Assembly: GCF_006345805.1 (NCBI RefSeq)
Contig: NC_043020.1
Location: 1,488,001-1,552,000, forward strand
Source: Octopus sinensis
Taxonomy: Eukaryota
Length of the DNA: 64,000 nt
Direction of reading: 5' to 3'
Shown: positions 24,669 to 37,852 of the stretch, piece after piece
Numbering within the stretch: position 1 is the first letter of the stretch
Layout of the letters: the number at the start of each line of letters is the position of its first letter
Made by a program: the position numbers and the translations under genes
Notes under the pieces: generated by a model
Seen by the model: only the letters and a program-made list of their open reading frames with translations
What the model was told of the DNA's origin: nothing
The model's database searches: none

Positions 24669-24850
24669 TACATACATATATATATATATATGATGACGAG
24701 TTTCTTTCAGTTTTCGTCTGCTAAATATCCACTTACAAAGCTTTGGACGGTCCGAGGCTATAGCAGAAGACACTTGCCCAATGTCCTAAGCAATGGGAAT
24801 GAACCCGGAACCATGTGGTTGGGAAGTAAGGTTCTTGCCACACGGCCATA
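24385..24850 (-). mobile_element. SINE B with expanded internal microsatellite
   Basis: Tail at ~24390-24500, internal (CA)/(ATAC)n, head at ~24700-24850. Confidence 0.85.
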
Positions 24851-24975
24851 CATATGTATACGTGTAAATGTGTGTGTACATGTGTGTGTGTGTGTTTCAA
24901 TGTATCTGCGCGTGTATGTGTTTGTGTGTGTATATATATATATATTTATGTATGAATATGTACGTATATATATAT

Positions 24976-25009
<34 letters not shown>

Positions 25010-25028
25010 CACACATACACACACACAC

Positions 25029-25071
<43 letters not shown>

Positions 25072-25208
25072 TATATATATACATGCATAAACACATATAT
25101 ATATCTGAATACGTATATTTATGAATCCATATATGCATTACAATGAGTAGGTTGTTTTGCTGATTAAACGAATGGAATAATAACTGATTGTAAATCCATC
25201 ATCAAAGC

Positions 25209-25249
<41 letters not shown>

Positions 25250-25384
25250 CCACACATATATGTATGTATGTATGTATGTGTGTGTTTGTACATTTATATT
25301 CCTTTTCTAACGCGTATGTCTATGTGCATATATAATCTTCTTAATACATGTATTCGTGTTATGTTTGATTAATCCTCGCGCACT

Positions 25385-25429
25385 TATTATTATTATTATT
25401 ATTATTACTATTATTATTATTATTATTAC

Positions 25430-25504
<75 letters not shown>

Positions 25505-25525
25505 CAGCAGCAGCAACAGCAGCAG
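25385..25525. repeat. Compound trinucleotide array (ATT)n-(AGT)n-(AGC)n
   Basis: Directly visible. Confidence 0.95.
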
Positions 25526-25759
25526 CATTCAATTTTGTGCTTTGAAAAAAAAAAAAATAAAACCCTGGTTCATAAAACGGTTTGGAAGCTGACCAAAACA
25601 TGAATTTTCTTTAAACTTACTGTAATCCCAAAGCCATGCAAAATTCATAAATTTTAAACATTAGGCACTGCACGTCACCGGTTACCATATCATAGTCATC
25701 TGCATACATACAATAAACCTAGCGTTTCTGCCCGTTTAGCACCATTTTTCTTAGACTAT

Positions 25760-26910
25760 GATAGTTTCAAATTTTGGCCAGCAATTTCGGAGAAGGGCGT
25801 AGGTCAATTAGATCGACCCTTGTGCTGAACTCAGCGGAATTTGAATTCCGAAAGTTAAAACGGAGGAAATACCGCTAAGCATTTTGTCCGGTGCGGTAAC
25901 GACTCTGCCAGCTGGCCACCCTAATAGACGATTTAATAATGATTTCAGATTTTGGCGGAAGGCCAGGAATTTTGAGGATGGGGCTAAGTCGTTTAGATGG
26001 ACCCAATTCTCAACTGGTACTTATTTTTATTGACTCTGAAAGGCTGAAAGGCAAAGGTAACCCCGCCGGCATTTGAACACAGAATGTAAAAACGGACGAA
26101 ATGTCGCTAAGCATTTTACCCGTCGTGCTAACGATTTTGCCAACTCGCCGCCTGTTTAGACAATTTAATAATTCTTTCTACTATAGGCACAAGACCAAAA
26201 GTTTTTTTGTGGGGGAGTAGTCGATTATATCGACCCCAGTGCGTAACTGGTACTTAATTTATCGACCCCACCCAAAGGATGAAAAGCTTAGTCGACTTCA
26301 GCGGAATTTGAACTCAGAACGTAGCGGCAGACGAAATATCACTAACCATTTCGCCCGGCATGCTAACGATTCTTATTTCTAAACTGCCCACAAGGGGCTA
26401 AACATAGAGGTGTCAAACAAGGACAGACAAACGGATTAAGTCGATTATATCGACCCGAGTGTGTAACTGGTACTTATTTAATCGACCCCGAAAATATGAA
26501 AGGCAAAGTCGACTTCGGCGGAAGCTGAACTCAGAACGTAGCGGTAAACGAAATATTACTAAGCATTTCGCCCGGCGTGCTAACGTTTCTGCCAGCTCGC
26601 CGGACTTGTACCTCGGAGGGGAACTTTCTAGGTTCAATCCCATGGTTATTCAAGACAGAAGAGGGTCTTTACCCTTTACCTTTTATGGTATGCCTGAAAG
26701 CGCCGGGCTCGCCGAATCCTTAACACGTCGAATAAAATGCTTACTCAACATTTCTTCCTTCTTTTTACGTTCTGAGTTCAAATCCTGCTGGGGTCAACTT
26801 TGCCTTTTTTATCATTGTTTTTGGGTGGAGTTGATGAAATAAAGTAGCAGATTAACCTTGGGATCGATGTTATCGACTTGCCCCCTCCCCTCAAAATTAC
26901 TGGTCATGAA
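25760..26910. mobile_element. Cluster of five SINE A-related copies of different ages
   Basis: Minus copies at ~25760-25920, 25945-26155, 26170-26372 (tail ii) and 26373-26603 (tail i); plus copy at ~26700-26910. Confidence 0.8.
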
Positions 26911-29900
26911 ACCTGCAACAGACTAGAGTCCCGTCCAGGGAGATTGATGTAATCCCGGTCACTTAGACGCTATTTAAAACACGCCTTTTGAGTTCCAGGA
27001 CAAGCAGAAATAAAACAGAAAATAAAGGTGTCTCGGAGGAAGATTTGGATACTATTTCTAGCACGTCAAGCGACCACTTAGAAATCTCTCTCATTTGTCA
27101 ACTAGTTTGATAAATAATATTTATAAATTAGATTTGGCATTTAGAAACAAATATCTTTTAATACTCTTTCTAACAAGCTTAATCTTGATTAAAAGAGAAC
27201 GATTTTTCCTTAATCAGTAATGTTTGTTTGTCATAACATTCAGCACCATTCTCCAACCTACCACATCGCTCCCCACTACAATGGACCTTAATATACCCTC
27301 TCCACACTACATCGTACAACTCCATACATACCACATCACCGCGCAGTATATTTTCCCTTTCTGTCTTAAAAGTAGTTCAGTGTTGCCTACAGCAATTGTC
27401 AACTATTCACATATAATCTATCTCTGTTGGTCTGTTAGCAACCACTCAACTAACCGAGCGACAAATTAAGGCGACAGTCAACTTAGTTACAAATTAGCTA
27501 GGCGCCATTTTAACTGAACAACAAGACAACATGGCGGCGAGCAAACGAATGGAAGCTAAGTGGACAACACTGGCCAGGATTAGTAATAGGGACAACGAGA
27601 AAACTGACCACAACTTACAACCTTGATCTTGCTCAGTGGACAACTCTTACTAGGATTAATAATGTGAGCAAGGGTGGGGTTGGGGGAAGAGGGCTTCTAG
27701 ATTACAATATACAACCTTGACCTTGCTTAGGTCTACCCTGGAGGGGACATGCTCGTAAACTAAAATAAACTAAACAAGACTTTCCAGGGTCTGGCCTGGA
27801 AGGTCCTTAGGTCTCAGGAGATACAGGAATGATAAAACATCTATCAATCCCCTTGGAATCTCGGATTAAGTAGACCTATAATCAAAAGCCTTCTAGTTTT
27901 GACAATATCGTCTTTTTAGGGGTATTTAGGGTTATATTATCCAATGCTTTTATTCTTTATTTAAAGGAGCAGGGTGTCATGATCTATTTCTAGCGGGTCA
28001 AGCGACCGGGTGTGAAGAGAAGTTTCCCAAGTTGGTACTCATATCTAATACGTAGACAGAAAACGCGGAACGTTAATTAAAGAATGTCGTCCATATCTAG
28101 CCTGTCAGTTTGTTGAAAATAGCAGCCGAATATCCCTCAAGTCCTTGATAGACAAAAAGACGAAATGCACCAATCCTTCATCTGCCCAGTCCTTCATCTC
28201 CAGAATGTCGGCTTTCTGGAGTTACTTCCTGCATTTCTGTATGTCTGCCAGTTTGTCTACCTGTCCACCGGCCCACCTCTCTCTCTATCTAGCTATCTGC
28301 GTGTCTGTCCCTCCTTCCGTCCGTCCACCCATCCATCCATCCATCTAGCTAGTCAGCTATCCATCGATGTATACATACACCCTCCACACACATACATGCA
28401 CACACACGCACACACGCCCCCCACATATAATAGTAACTGTTGCACAGAACAACACAGAAGGGCTGTGGTCAAAATCTTGGCCAAAATCAACACATATACA
28501 AACCGGGGGCATAACAATATGTCCTTATGTTCCTTGAATATGTGTTCATTTTGACCAGGAATAACTTGATACCTGAATCTGCCTTCCTCTATTGAATTTT
28601 GATATATATATATATATATATATAATATATATATGTATGTATCACTGTCCCGTTCTTGTTACCACTTTCACTCTCTGTAAAAAATCCCAAATTTTATTTA
28701 ATTTGCTTTGCGGGAAGGATTGTTTCAACGAAGTCGCGTATTGTCCTTACCTTCGAAAAGGCGGAGTAGATGAAACAGGGACAACTGAAGAAGGGGAATA
28801 TTCTTTATGTTGCATCTCTCGTTTCTCTGTTTGTCTTTGTCTTTTTCGTTGTTCGAAAAAAGTTCGTTTTCTATGTTTTTGTTTTCATGGTTTCGTTTCT
28901 CATTGTGTTCAACGTTTTTTTTAATGTCCTGTACCCATATATGCATGTGTATATACATATATATGTAGGTATGTACATATATGTATGTATATATGTATAT
29001 ATTTATATATTATTTATATGATATATATATATATATATATGCGTGTGTAAGTGTCTATGTGTCTCCTTCACTCTGTCTCTCTCTATGTCTGTCTGTCTGC
29101 TTGTGTCTGTCTGCCTATCTGCATGTGTATTTATCTAGCTGTGTATATGTAAATGTACATGCATATATTTTTACACACAGACACACACACACACACACAC
29201 ACATAACATATGCACGCAAATACTTATGTATTTATTTAGAAATGCATACTGATTTGCATGGGCGAGACGCAAACAATAGCGATAAAAAAAAACAAAAAAC
29301 AACAACAACAACATCTATCATTGTGTTCTTTGCAATATTTGTTCTGCACCGAGTTAGAGACAATCCTTTGGCATTCTCACTGTCAGAAACTTGTAATTAA
29401 CAACGTCATGGTTCAGTAATTGTGATATAAAATAAAATAATGGCTAAATTACGTTTTTTCCCAATGACAGATTTTTTTTTCTACTAAAGTTCACTTTTTT
29501 ATCACCGCTCTATGAACATTTACTTTATATATTAAAGTGTTTGTTGACCAATCCACTACTGCCACGTTTATCTCTTCCCGGATCTACTGTATGTGTGATT
29601 TATTGTGTGCACATACGTGTTGGTGTGCGTATGCATGTGCTTTTGTGCACGTATGTGTATATATGCCTATATGCGTATATATATGTATGTGTGTGTGTGT
29701 GCTTGTCTCTGTGTGTGCGTGTGTTTGTATGTCTATGTATGTATACGTTTCTTTAATGGTGTATATGTATGAGTGTGCGTGTGCTTGTCTCTGTGTGCGC
29801 GTGTGTATGTATGTCTATGTATGTATACGTTTCTCTAATGGTATTTTGTTTTCTTTCGTCGCCATTGCTAAGATTATACGTCTACGTATTTTATCACCTA

Positions 29901-30279
29901 AAAGTGAAAATATTTTATTTACTTATTATCGACTATTTATGTTTTATACACGCTGACTCAAGTTTGTTTATGCTACTCCTTTGATGGGTGGTATGATGTC
30001 GGGAGGTTGGTGTCGAGGTGTTGTATTTAAGGTATAATTCCCCACAATCCTTTCCTATATTTAAAATTGATCCTGTCGGCTCTACCTTCTGACACCAACG
30101 CCTGCAAGGACAAAGAAGAAAAGTAGATAACGAAGGAATTTTGATTCAAGTTAAGTAAGATAAAGCACGACAATAAATATATTTATTTATTGTATGGCAT
30201 TAGAAAATTTTCCAAATGTGCCTTCTGTATGAACGATAAACGTAGTTGCTGGCTATCATACTTAGTGAGCTATCTATCC

Positions 30280-30365
<86 letters not shown>

Positions 30366-30370
<5 letters not shown>

Positions 30371-30962
30371 CGCTCAGTCGAAGTCGACTCTCGGTCACTC
30401 GTTGGATCAGTGTCCTCCAGTCAGTTCTATCCTGGGCCGCTTCTTTCAGATTGGCCATGTCCATTCCGGTATCACTCTTGATGGTGTCAAGCCAGCGGGT
30501 TCTTGGTCGGCCTCTTCCTCTCTTGCCACTGACCATTCCAAGCATGATGTCCTTCTCCAGGGATTTTCTCCGCATAATATGACCGAAATATGCCAATCTA
30601 TGCTTGGTGATCCTAGCTTCTAACGACAGTTTCGGCTTGATCTGCTTAAGAACTTCTCCATTGGCGAGCCTTGCTGTCCATAGAACCCACAAAAGTCTTC
30701 TCCAACACCAAAGCTCGAATGCATTAATTCTCTTCTGGTCAGCTTTCTTTAGTGTCCAGGTCTTGCATCCATATGTTGCTATTGGGAAGACAATTGCATT
30801 CACCAATCTGCATTTGGTAGCGAGTCTGATGTCTCTACTCTTCCAGACCCTGCTCATGCTGACCATTGCCTCTCTGCCTAGTACTATCCGCCGTCTTATT
30901 TCTGGAGTGCAGTCACCATCTGGATTTATTTTGGAGCCAAGGAAAATGAAATCATCAACTTA
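30366..30962 (-). mobile_element. RTE/BovB-like LINE 3' fragment with uninterrupted reading frame and (AGAT)n tail
   Basis: VDDFIFLGSKINPDGDCTPEIRRRIVLGREAM..TKCRLVNAIVFPIATYGCKTWTLKKADQKRINAFELWCWRRLL..YFGHIMRRKSLEKDIMLG..GKRGRGRPRTRWLD..RLSG*; typical RTE/BovB C-terminus. Confidence 0.93.
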
Positions 30963-30973
30963 GTGAGCAGGTA

Positions 30974-31493
30974 CCGTAAATCTTCGAGTATAGTCCGCCC
31001 TTGAGTATAATATGCAGGGGATTTTTAGGGATCTATACCTCTGAAAAACCTAAACATTGTGTATAATACGCACCTCTTCTCTAACTTGAGTCGTGCGTAA
31101 TTAAGCCAGCAGCACCTAGTCAAACAAACACTTCCGCGCATGCGTAATACAATAATGGTGGTGTTCTTAACTGTTATATGGGAATGTAAATGTTTCCAAA
31201 TTGTGTTTGTTACATGTTATTCTGTGTTTTGAATACTTTTATTTTAATAAATGTTGCTTGTTGCAAGTTATGGATGATTCTTTTGTGACTTCATTGCTTT
31301 CAGGCTTAGCTTAAGGTATTTTCGTGCCCAGCATCACAAAATACGTCTGAATAAACATTGCCGGACAGCAAATAGAGACTCGGATATGGCTTAGAAAATA
31401 TTTTTCCTTTTTAACTTCGTATATAGTACGCCCTGGGGATTTTGACCTTTAAATTTTGGGAAAAAAATGCGGGTTATACTCGAGGATTTACGG
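30974..31493. mobile_element. MITE with TA TSD (pogo/Tc2-like)
   Basis: TA-ccgtaaatcttcgagtata ... tatactcgaggatttacgg-TA; non-coding interior. Confidence 0.85.
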
Positions 31494-32084
31494 TACTCAT
31501 TTTTAACTGAACTCTTTGCTGTCTTGTATATCATATACCTCACACAAGACATATTTCTCTGGCGTCTGTGTATCATAGCTGTTACATATGCCCATTTTTT
31601 TTCAATCATTTACCCCTAATATAGATGAATGTTTTACATCATTCAGAGCATATGAAACAAAAGTTAAATAGAAGTCTGAAAACAAGCATGGATGTTCAAG
31701 ACAAACTTATGGAAATGCTTTGACCAAGCAAGCAGAGGGTTAATGTAAACAAACTGTTGTCGACTGATGTGTCTGTCCTATCGGCAGTGGGCATAAATTA
31801 AGTATGATATATAGATGACTATTTTACATTAATACTGCCTCAACTGCGTATACTGGATTTTTATTCAGCAGGACAGCTATTCGCAACATCCGTGAACATT
31901 TTATTCACCGTTTCGTATTTTAGTGATGGCGAATTCTCACCGGAGAACGTGGCTGACTTCGAGTACGAACCATTGAGACGTGATCCTGTGACCGACCAGG
32001 CTATCGCTTGTTGTTACACATCGCTGGTCACAATGCGTTTTTGCATTGTTTTAGCATTGAAATGATGCCACCACGCTGATTAGG

Positions 32085-32245
32085 TCAGCAGGCTATCAAT
32101 CTTCCCTGATCGAAAGGGAGACTGCAGCAACGTGAAATGAAGTGTTTTGCTCCAAGAACACAACGTGCTGCCTAGTCAGGGAATCGAACCCACGTTCAAG
32201 CGCCCGTGAGTGCAACAGCCTAGCCACTAGTCCACGTGCCATATT
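32085..32245 (-). mobile_element. SINE D, partial
   Basis: caacgtgaaatgaagtgttttgctccaagaacacaacg..ggaatcgaacccac..agccactagtccacgtgcc. Confidence 0.7.
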
Positions 32246-32798
32246 GAAGCTTAAAAAGTCCTCAATATACCTAGTGTTCTCGTTGGCTGCTACTGGGACG
32301 AATTCTTGTCTCCCTTTAATATCTACTGTGTATTTAACATGGCACGCCCATGAGAAATATCGTCTCAGAAGATATATCGTAGTAACTGGCTTATCGATAT
32401 TGTGTCTACATTAAGTGTTATATATACAAGATGACCCACGACCCGTTGTGTCACCGGGAAACTCTGAATTTCCCAGCAACGGAATTTTGTTTCGTGGGTT
32501 TTTTTCTGTTCCAGGTTATTTCGCATGCTTTCGACGAATGTGACATCGAAATCACGTGTAAACGGCTCCTTTCCCCAGAAAAGGAAAGATTTGGCTGCTA
32601 TTTCTTGCACGACTTACTACCACATAACAGGTATTCCGGGTCCTTTATCGCAAATAGCTGTTACGTGGCAGTAGGGCGTGCTAGAAATAGCAGCCACATA
32701 TGTTGAATGCACACAGAAAAACCTATGGAAAAAAAAACTATTTGATACTAAGTTTGCAAACCGGTCTTTTAAGAAATATTTACCGTAATGGTATTCAC

Positions 32799-33329
32799 AT
32801 ATTCCGCCGAGGTTGACTTTGCCTTTCATCCTTTCGGGGTCGATAAATTAAGTACCAGTTACGCACTGGGGTCGATGTCATCGACTTAATACCTATGTCT
32901 GTCCTTGTTTTTGTCCCCTCTGTGTTTAAGCCCTTGTAGGTAATAAAAAAATAGGTATTTCGTCTGCCGTTACGTTCTGAGTTCAAATTCCACCGAGGTC
33001 GACTTTGCCTTTCATCCTTTCGGGGTCGATTAAATTAAGTACCAGTTACGCACAGGGGATCGATGTCATCGACTTGATACCTATGTCTGTCCTTGTTTTT
33101 GTCCCCTCTGTGTTTAGCCCCTTGTGGGTAATAAAGAAATAGGTATTTCGTCTGTCGCTACATTCTGAGTTCAAATTCCACCGAGGTCGACTTTGCCTTT
33201 CATCCTTTCGGGGTCGATTAAATTAAGTACCAGTTACGCACAGGGGATCGATGTCATCGACTTGATACCTATGTCTGTCCTTGTTTTTGTCCCCTCTGTG
33301 TTTAGCCCCTTCTGGGTAATAAAGAAATA
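32799..33329 (+). mobile_element. 5'-truncated SINE A trimer of headless units
   Basis: Junctions at 32953|32954 and 33141|33142 (period 188 bp). TSD ggtattcac at 32790-32798 and 33330-33338. Confidence 0.92.
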
Positions 33330-33414
33330 GGTATTCACTAGAAAATAATTTTAAAAAAAAACATTGAAATATTGTCTGTTTAAAGAAAACTAAAATATAA
33401 ATACTTACTGTACA

Positions 33415-33841
33415 GGCGCAGGAGTGGCTGTGTGGTAAGTAGCGTAGCTTGCTAACCAACCACATGGTTCCGGGTTCAGTCCCACTGCGTGGCATTTTGG
33501 GCAAGTGTCTTCTGCTATAGCCCCGGGCCGACCAATGCCTTGTGAGTGGATTTGGTAGATGGAAACTGAAAGAAGCCTGTTGTATATATGTATATATATA
33601 TATGTATGTGTGTGTGTGTTTGTGTGTGTATGTTTGTCCCCCTAGCATTGCTTGACAACCGATGCTGGTGTGTTTACGTCCCCGTCACTTAGCGGTTCGG
33701 CAAAAGAGACCGATAGAATAAGTACTGGGCTTACAAAGAATAAGTCCCGGGGTCGATTTGCTCGACTAAAAAAAGGCGGTGCTCCAGCATGGCCGCTGTC
33801 AAATGACTGAAACAAGTAAAAGAGTAACAGAGTAAAGAGAG
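33415..33841 (+). mobile_element. SINE B, full length with perfect 16-bp TSD
   Basis: TSD aaatacttactgtaca at 33399-33414 and 33842-33857. Confidence 0.95.
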
Positions 33842-34119
33842 AAATACTTACTGTACAAACAACTTACATGAGCTTGGCGGTATTGGTAGTAGTTGTAGTA
33901 GTAGCAGAGAGGGTGGGTGGTAGAAGTAGTTGTAGTAGTGGTAGTAGTAATGGTTGTGTCTGTCGTATTAGTGGTGGTAGCGTTTGTAATTGTGGTCGTT
34001 ATCTGGCATTTCAGCCCAGATAATGATATACGTATGTCCTTGTTGCGTTGCGCTGGTCGTACGTGCTACACAGTAAAGTTGTCACTTTTATGTCTTTCTT
34101 CACAGCTTGAAGCAAAAAT

Positions 34120-34162
34120 AAAATAAAACACACACACACACACGCACGCACACGCACACATG

Positions 34163-34193
<31 letters not shown>

Positions 34194-34545
34194 ACACAGA
34201 CACACAGAGACACACACACAGACACACAGACACACACACACACATACACACAAACACACACACAGACACACACACACACAGAGACACACAGACTCACACA
34301 GACACAGACACACACAGACACACACACAGACACACACACACACACAGACACACACACACACAAAAACACACACACAGACACACAGACACACAAACACAGA
34401 CACACGCACACACACAGACACACACACAGACACAAACACACCCACACACACACACAGACACACAGACACACACACATACACGCACACACACACACACACA
34501 CACACACGCACGCACGTACGCACATACACCTCACACGCACACACC
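34120..34545. repeat. (CA)n/(GACA) compound array
   Basis: Directly visible. Confidence 0.95.
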
Positions 34546-34829
34546 ACTTTTCATACCCAAACCATTTCCTTCGGCTGCCACCCCAGTATGACGAGACAAA
34601 CCTGATAGCTCCTGTGCGGTCGCTCGACATACTAGACACAGCAGCAAAATCTTCTACAAATCATACCCGACTGTTTTAAGTGAAGGACACATATTATCAT
34701 AATATAGCGCTAGACATGTTGCTCAACTGACGGCGTGGTCATGGCTGAAATGTCTTTGATCATAGATCTGCTTCATCTAGTTTGACTAAATGGCTAAACG
34801 ACAATAGCGGCAACAATAAGAATTCTTTC

Positions 34830-35040
34830 TACTAAAAGAGAAGGCCTGTAAGTTTGGGGAAGAGGGCAAAGCGATTACATCTACCCCAGTACATGGCTGG
34901 TACTTTATTTTATCGACCCCTCCCCCCAAAGAATGAAAGGCAAAAGTCGACCTCGGCGGAATTTGAACTGGGAACATGAAGACGGGCGAAATGCCGCAAA
35001 ACATTCTGCCCGGCGTGCCAATGATTCTGCTAGCTCGTCA
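34830..35040 (-). mobile_element. SINE A with tail ii, diverged
   Basis: gacgagctagcagaatcattggcacgccggg..gaggtcgacttttgcc..ttccccaaacttacaggcc. Confidence 0.8.
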
Positions 35041-35109
35041 ACAACAACAACAGCAAAAACAATAATATATTGGTTTCAAATTTTGCCACAAGGGCAGCCA
35101 TTCTGCGAG

Positions 35110-35600
35110 AGGGGATAAAATGACTGAAGAACCAATCTTCAAAAACAACAACAGTAACCCATGCTTTCGAATTAGCCATCCATACGACAAGGAGAGATGC
35201 TTTGGGTATGTTCTTCAGGGCAACGGGGTTGTGTGCATGATACACAAGCAATGGCTTTAACTTAAAATCTCCTGCACAATTACCTTACCTCCCAACATAA
35301 TGGTCACATGTTCTTTTGAGATCTTGTAGTCTGGAATAGCTTTGTCCTCCTTGGAAATGAACGAACGGTCTGGCAATTTTTTTTCCAATACAATCCAGTT
35401 TCGTCTTTGTTAAAAATTTGTTCGGAAAGAAACCCGTTTCCTTCGATGATTTTCTTGAATGCATTGGGAAATTCCGACGCTGTTCGTTCGTCAACTGATG
35501 CACTTTCACCTTGCTTGCTTCTTAATGGAGCGATAACTTCTTCGCTCCTTAAATCTCATGAACCATCCTTTTAGACTTTTTCAACTAAAAGTAAAATAAG
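35110..35600 (-). mobile_element. pogo/Tigger DDE_1 transposase fragment
   Basis: KGWFMRFKER..GESASVD..EQIFNKDETGLYWKK / PDRSFISKE..KPLLVYHAHNP..WMANSKAWVT..FEDWF. Confidence 0.88.
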
Positions 35601-35639
35601 AAAAACAGGATCTGGTCTTTCTCATTTGCAAAATACCCC

Positions 35640-36105
35640 CCACCTTTAATTTTGCCGTGTGGGAGTTCATTGGAGTAATTCTCTAGCCAGAATTGGATTA
35701 CCTCTATTCCTAGGCTGTGGGGGATATTAAAATATAGGTTGACTACATCGAAGGATATTAGTAGGGTGTTTTTATTTATTGTTTCAGGGAGGTGATTGAG
35801 CACATCTAGGTCGTCCCTTATGTAGCTTTTGATATGCTTGAGGAATGGTTTTAAGAGGGTGTCTAAAGAATTACTGAAGCGGTGAGTTTCGCATGCGGGG
35901 GCCTGCTATTATGGATCTTAACTCGAGATCATTAGGAGTAGGTACCTTGACTATTATGTCTGTGGTTCCCCTGCATCCGTTACTTATTTTTTCACTTTTG
36001 TGTATCTTAGGAATACCGTAGAATTGACTCGATTTACTTTTGAGGTTAGTCATATAGTCGCATTCCTTGTCGGTGAGCTTTATTCTGTATAGGTTTAACA
36101 TTGTT
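35640..36105 (-). mobile_element. Penelope-like reverse transcriptase fragment
   Basis: FYGIPKIHK..LRSIIAGP..LDTLLKPFLKHIKSYIRDDLDVLNHLP..LLISFDVVNLYFNIPH. Confidence 0.88.
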
Positions 36106-36384
36106 TTTAGGTTTCTTATCCTTTTCTGCTGACTGTAGTGTTGTACCTTTTCATAACAGGTTGTGTCTTCTAATACATAGATTAAATAATCCTAGAACTA
36201 TCCATATTAGGATCACGTGGCTGGGAAGCAAGCTTCTTGCCACACAGCTAAGCCTGCGCCTACACACACACACACACACACACACATGCATATATGTGTG
36301 TGTATATATATGTGTGTGTGTGTGTGTATGTGTGTCTTTGTTCCCCACCACCGCTTGATAACAAATGTTGGTGTATTTACATCC

Positions 36385-36544
36385 ACGCTGGAGCACCGCC
36401 TTTAGTCGAGCAAATCGACCCCAGGACTTATTCTTTGTAAGCCTAGTACTTATTCTATCGGTTCTATTTTGCCGAACTGCTATGTTACGGGGACGTAAAC
36501 ACACCAGCATCGGTTGTCAAGCAATGCTAGAGGGACAAACACAG

Positions 36545-36583
<39 letters not shown>

Positions 36584-36760
36584 ATATACATATACATATA
36601 TACGACGGGCTTCTTTTCAGTTTCCGTCTACCAAATTCACTCACAAGGCTTTTGTCGGCCCAAGGCTATATTAGAAGACACTTGTACAAGGTGCCACGCA
36701 CTGGAACTGAACCCGAAATCATGCGGTTGGTAAGCAAGTTACTTACCACACAGCCACTCC
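36385..36760 (-). mobile_element. SINE B
   Basis: Tail, internal microsatellite and head present; further B scraps at ~36205-36380. Confidence 0.88.
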
Positions 36761-37239
36761 TGATCTATTTATCTCTCCTCTCTCTCTCTCTCTCTCTCGA
36801 TATATATATATATATATATATATAAATAATAACTAAACATTTATCACGTCAGGGTTGCTGGTCACTAAATTTTCATAGCGTATGACATTTTTATTTCGAG
36901 TGTTAATGCTCTGCGGATTAAATAACGTGTTAACGCTTGTATACCTATGTACATATTTGTCAATCTGTCTCACGACACAATTATTTCATGGTAGATTAAA
37001 AACATTCCCTGTATTAAACATGCCAATACAAACTTAACTACTACATATGTCTCACATAGAGTAAAAGGTGTGACCTACACTCTTCGAAAGCACGATCTGT
37101 GCCTGCGGTGACAACAGGGAAAAAATATTCGTTTTACTTACGTCACAGAGAGGATAGTATAAAGAAAGGTGAAAAAATCTATTTTTAAAAGAATTTATTC
37201 TCAACGCCTGCTTTTGTAGTGAAATTGTTCCGTGTTGTT

Positions 37240-37852
37240 GTCTATGTATGTATGTTATGTATGTATGTATGTATATACATTGATTAAGCTTCGTGCAATG
37301 GCTATACTCGATAACGAGGGGCAGCCACCATGTAAGTATATATATATGTATGTATGTATGTATTATGTATGTATGTATGTATGTATGTATGTATAAATGT
37401 ATGTATGTATAAATGTATGTATAAATGTATGTATGTATGTATGTATAAATGTATGTATGTATGTATGTATGTATGTATGTATAAATGTATGTATGCATGT
37501 ATGTATGTAAGTATGTATGTATGTATGTATGTATAAATGTATGTATATGTATGTATGTATGTATGTATGTATACATGCATGTATGTATGTATGCATGCAT
37601 GTATGTATGTATGTATGTATGTATGTATGTACGTATGTATGTATGCATGTATGTATGTAAGTATGTATGTATGTATGTATAAATGTATGTATGTATGTAT
37701 GTAAGTAAGTATGTATGTATGTATTTATGTATGTATGTATGTACGTACGTACGTATGTATGTATGTATGTATGCATGTATGTATGCATGCATGTATGTAT
37801 GTATGTATGCATGTATGTATGCATGTATGCATGTATGTATGTATGTATGTAT
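37240..37852. repeat. Long degenerate (ATGT)n array with a short retroposon 3' end embedded at ~37280-37330
   Basis: Directly visible. Confidence 0.92.

Noticed and set aside
28640-28925. CUGAAGA A GGGG motif in a PLE-like segment
   Set aside because: The second half of the core is absent, so it is too incomplete to call.
32799-33329. Regularly spaced repeats suggesting a CRISPR array or satellite
   Set aside because: Whole 188-bp units repeat with no unique spacers and no cas genes; they are SINE A multimers.
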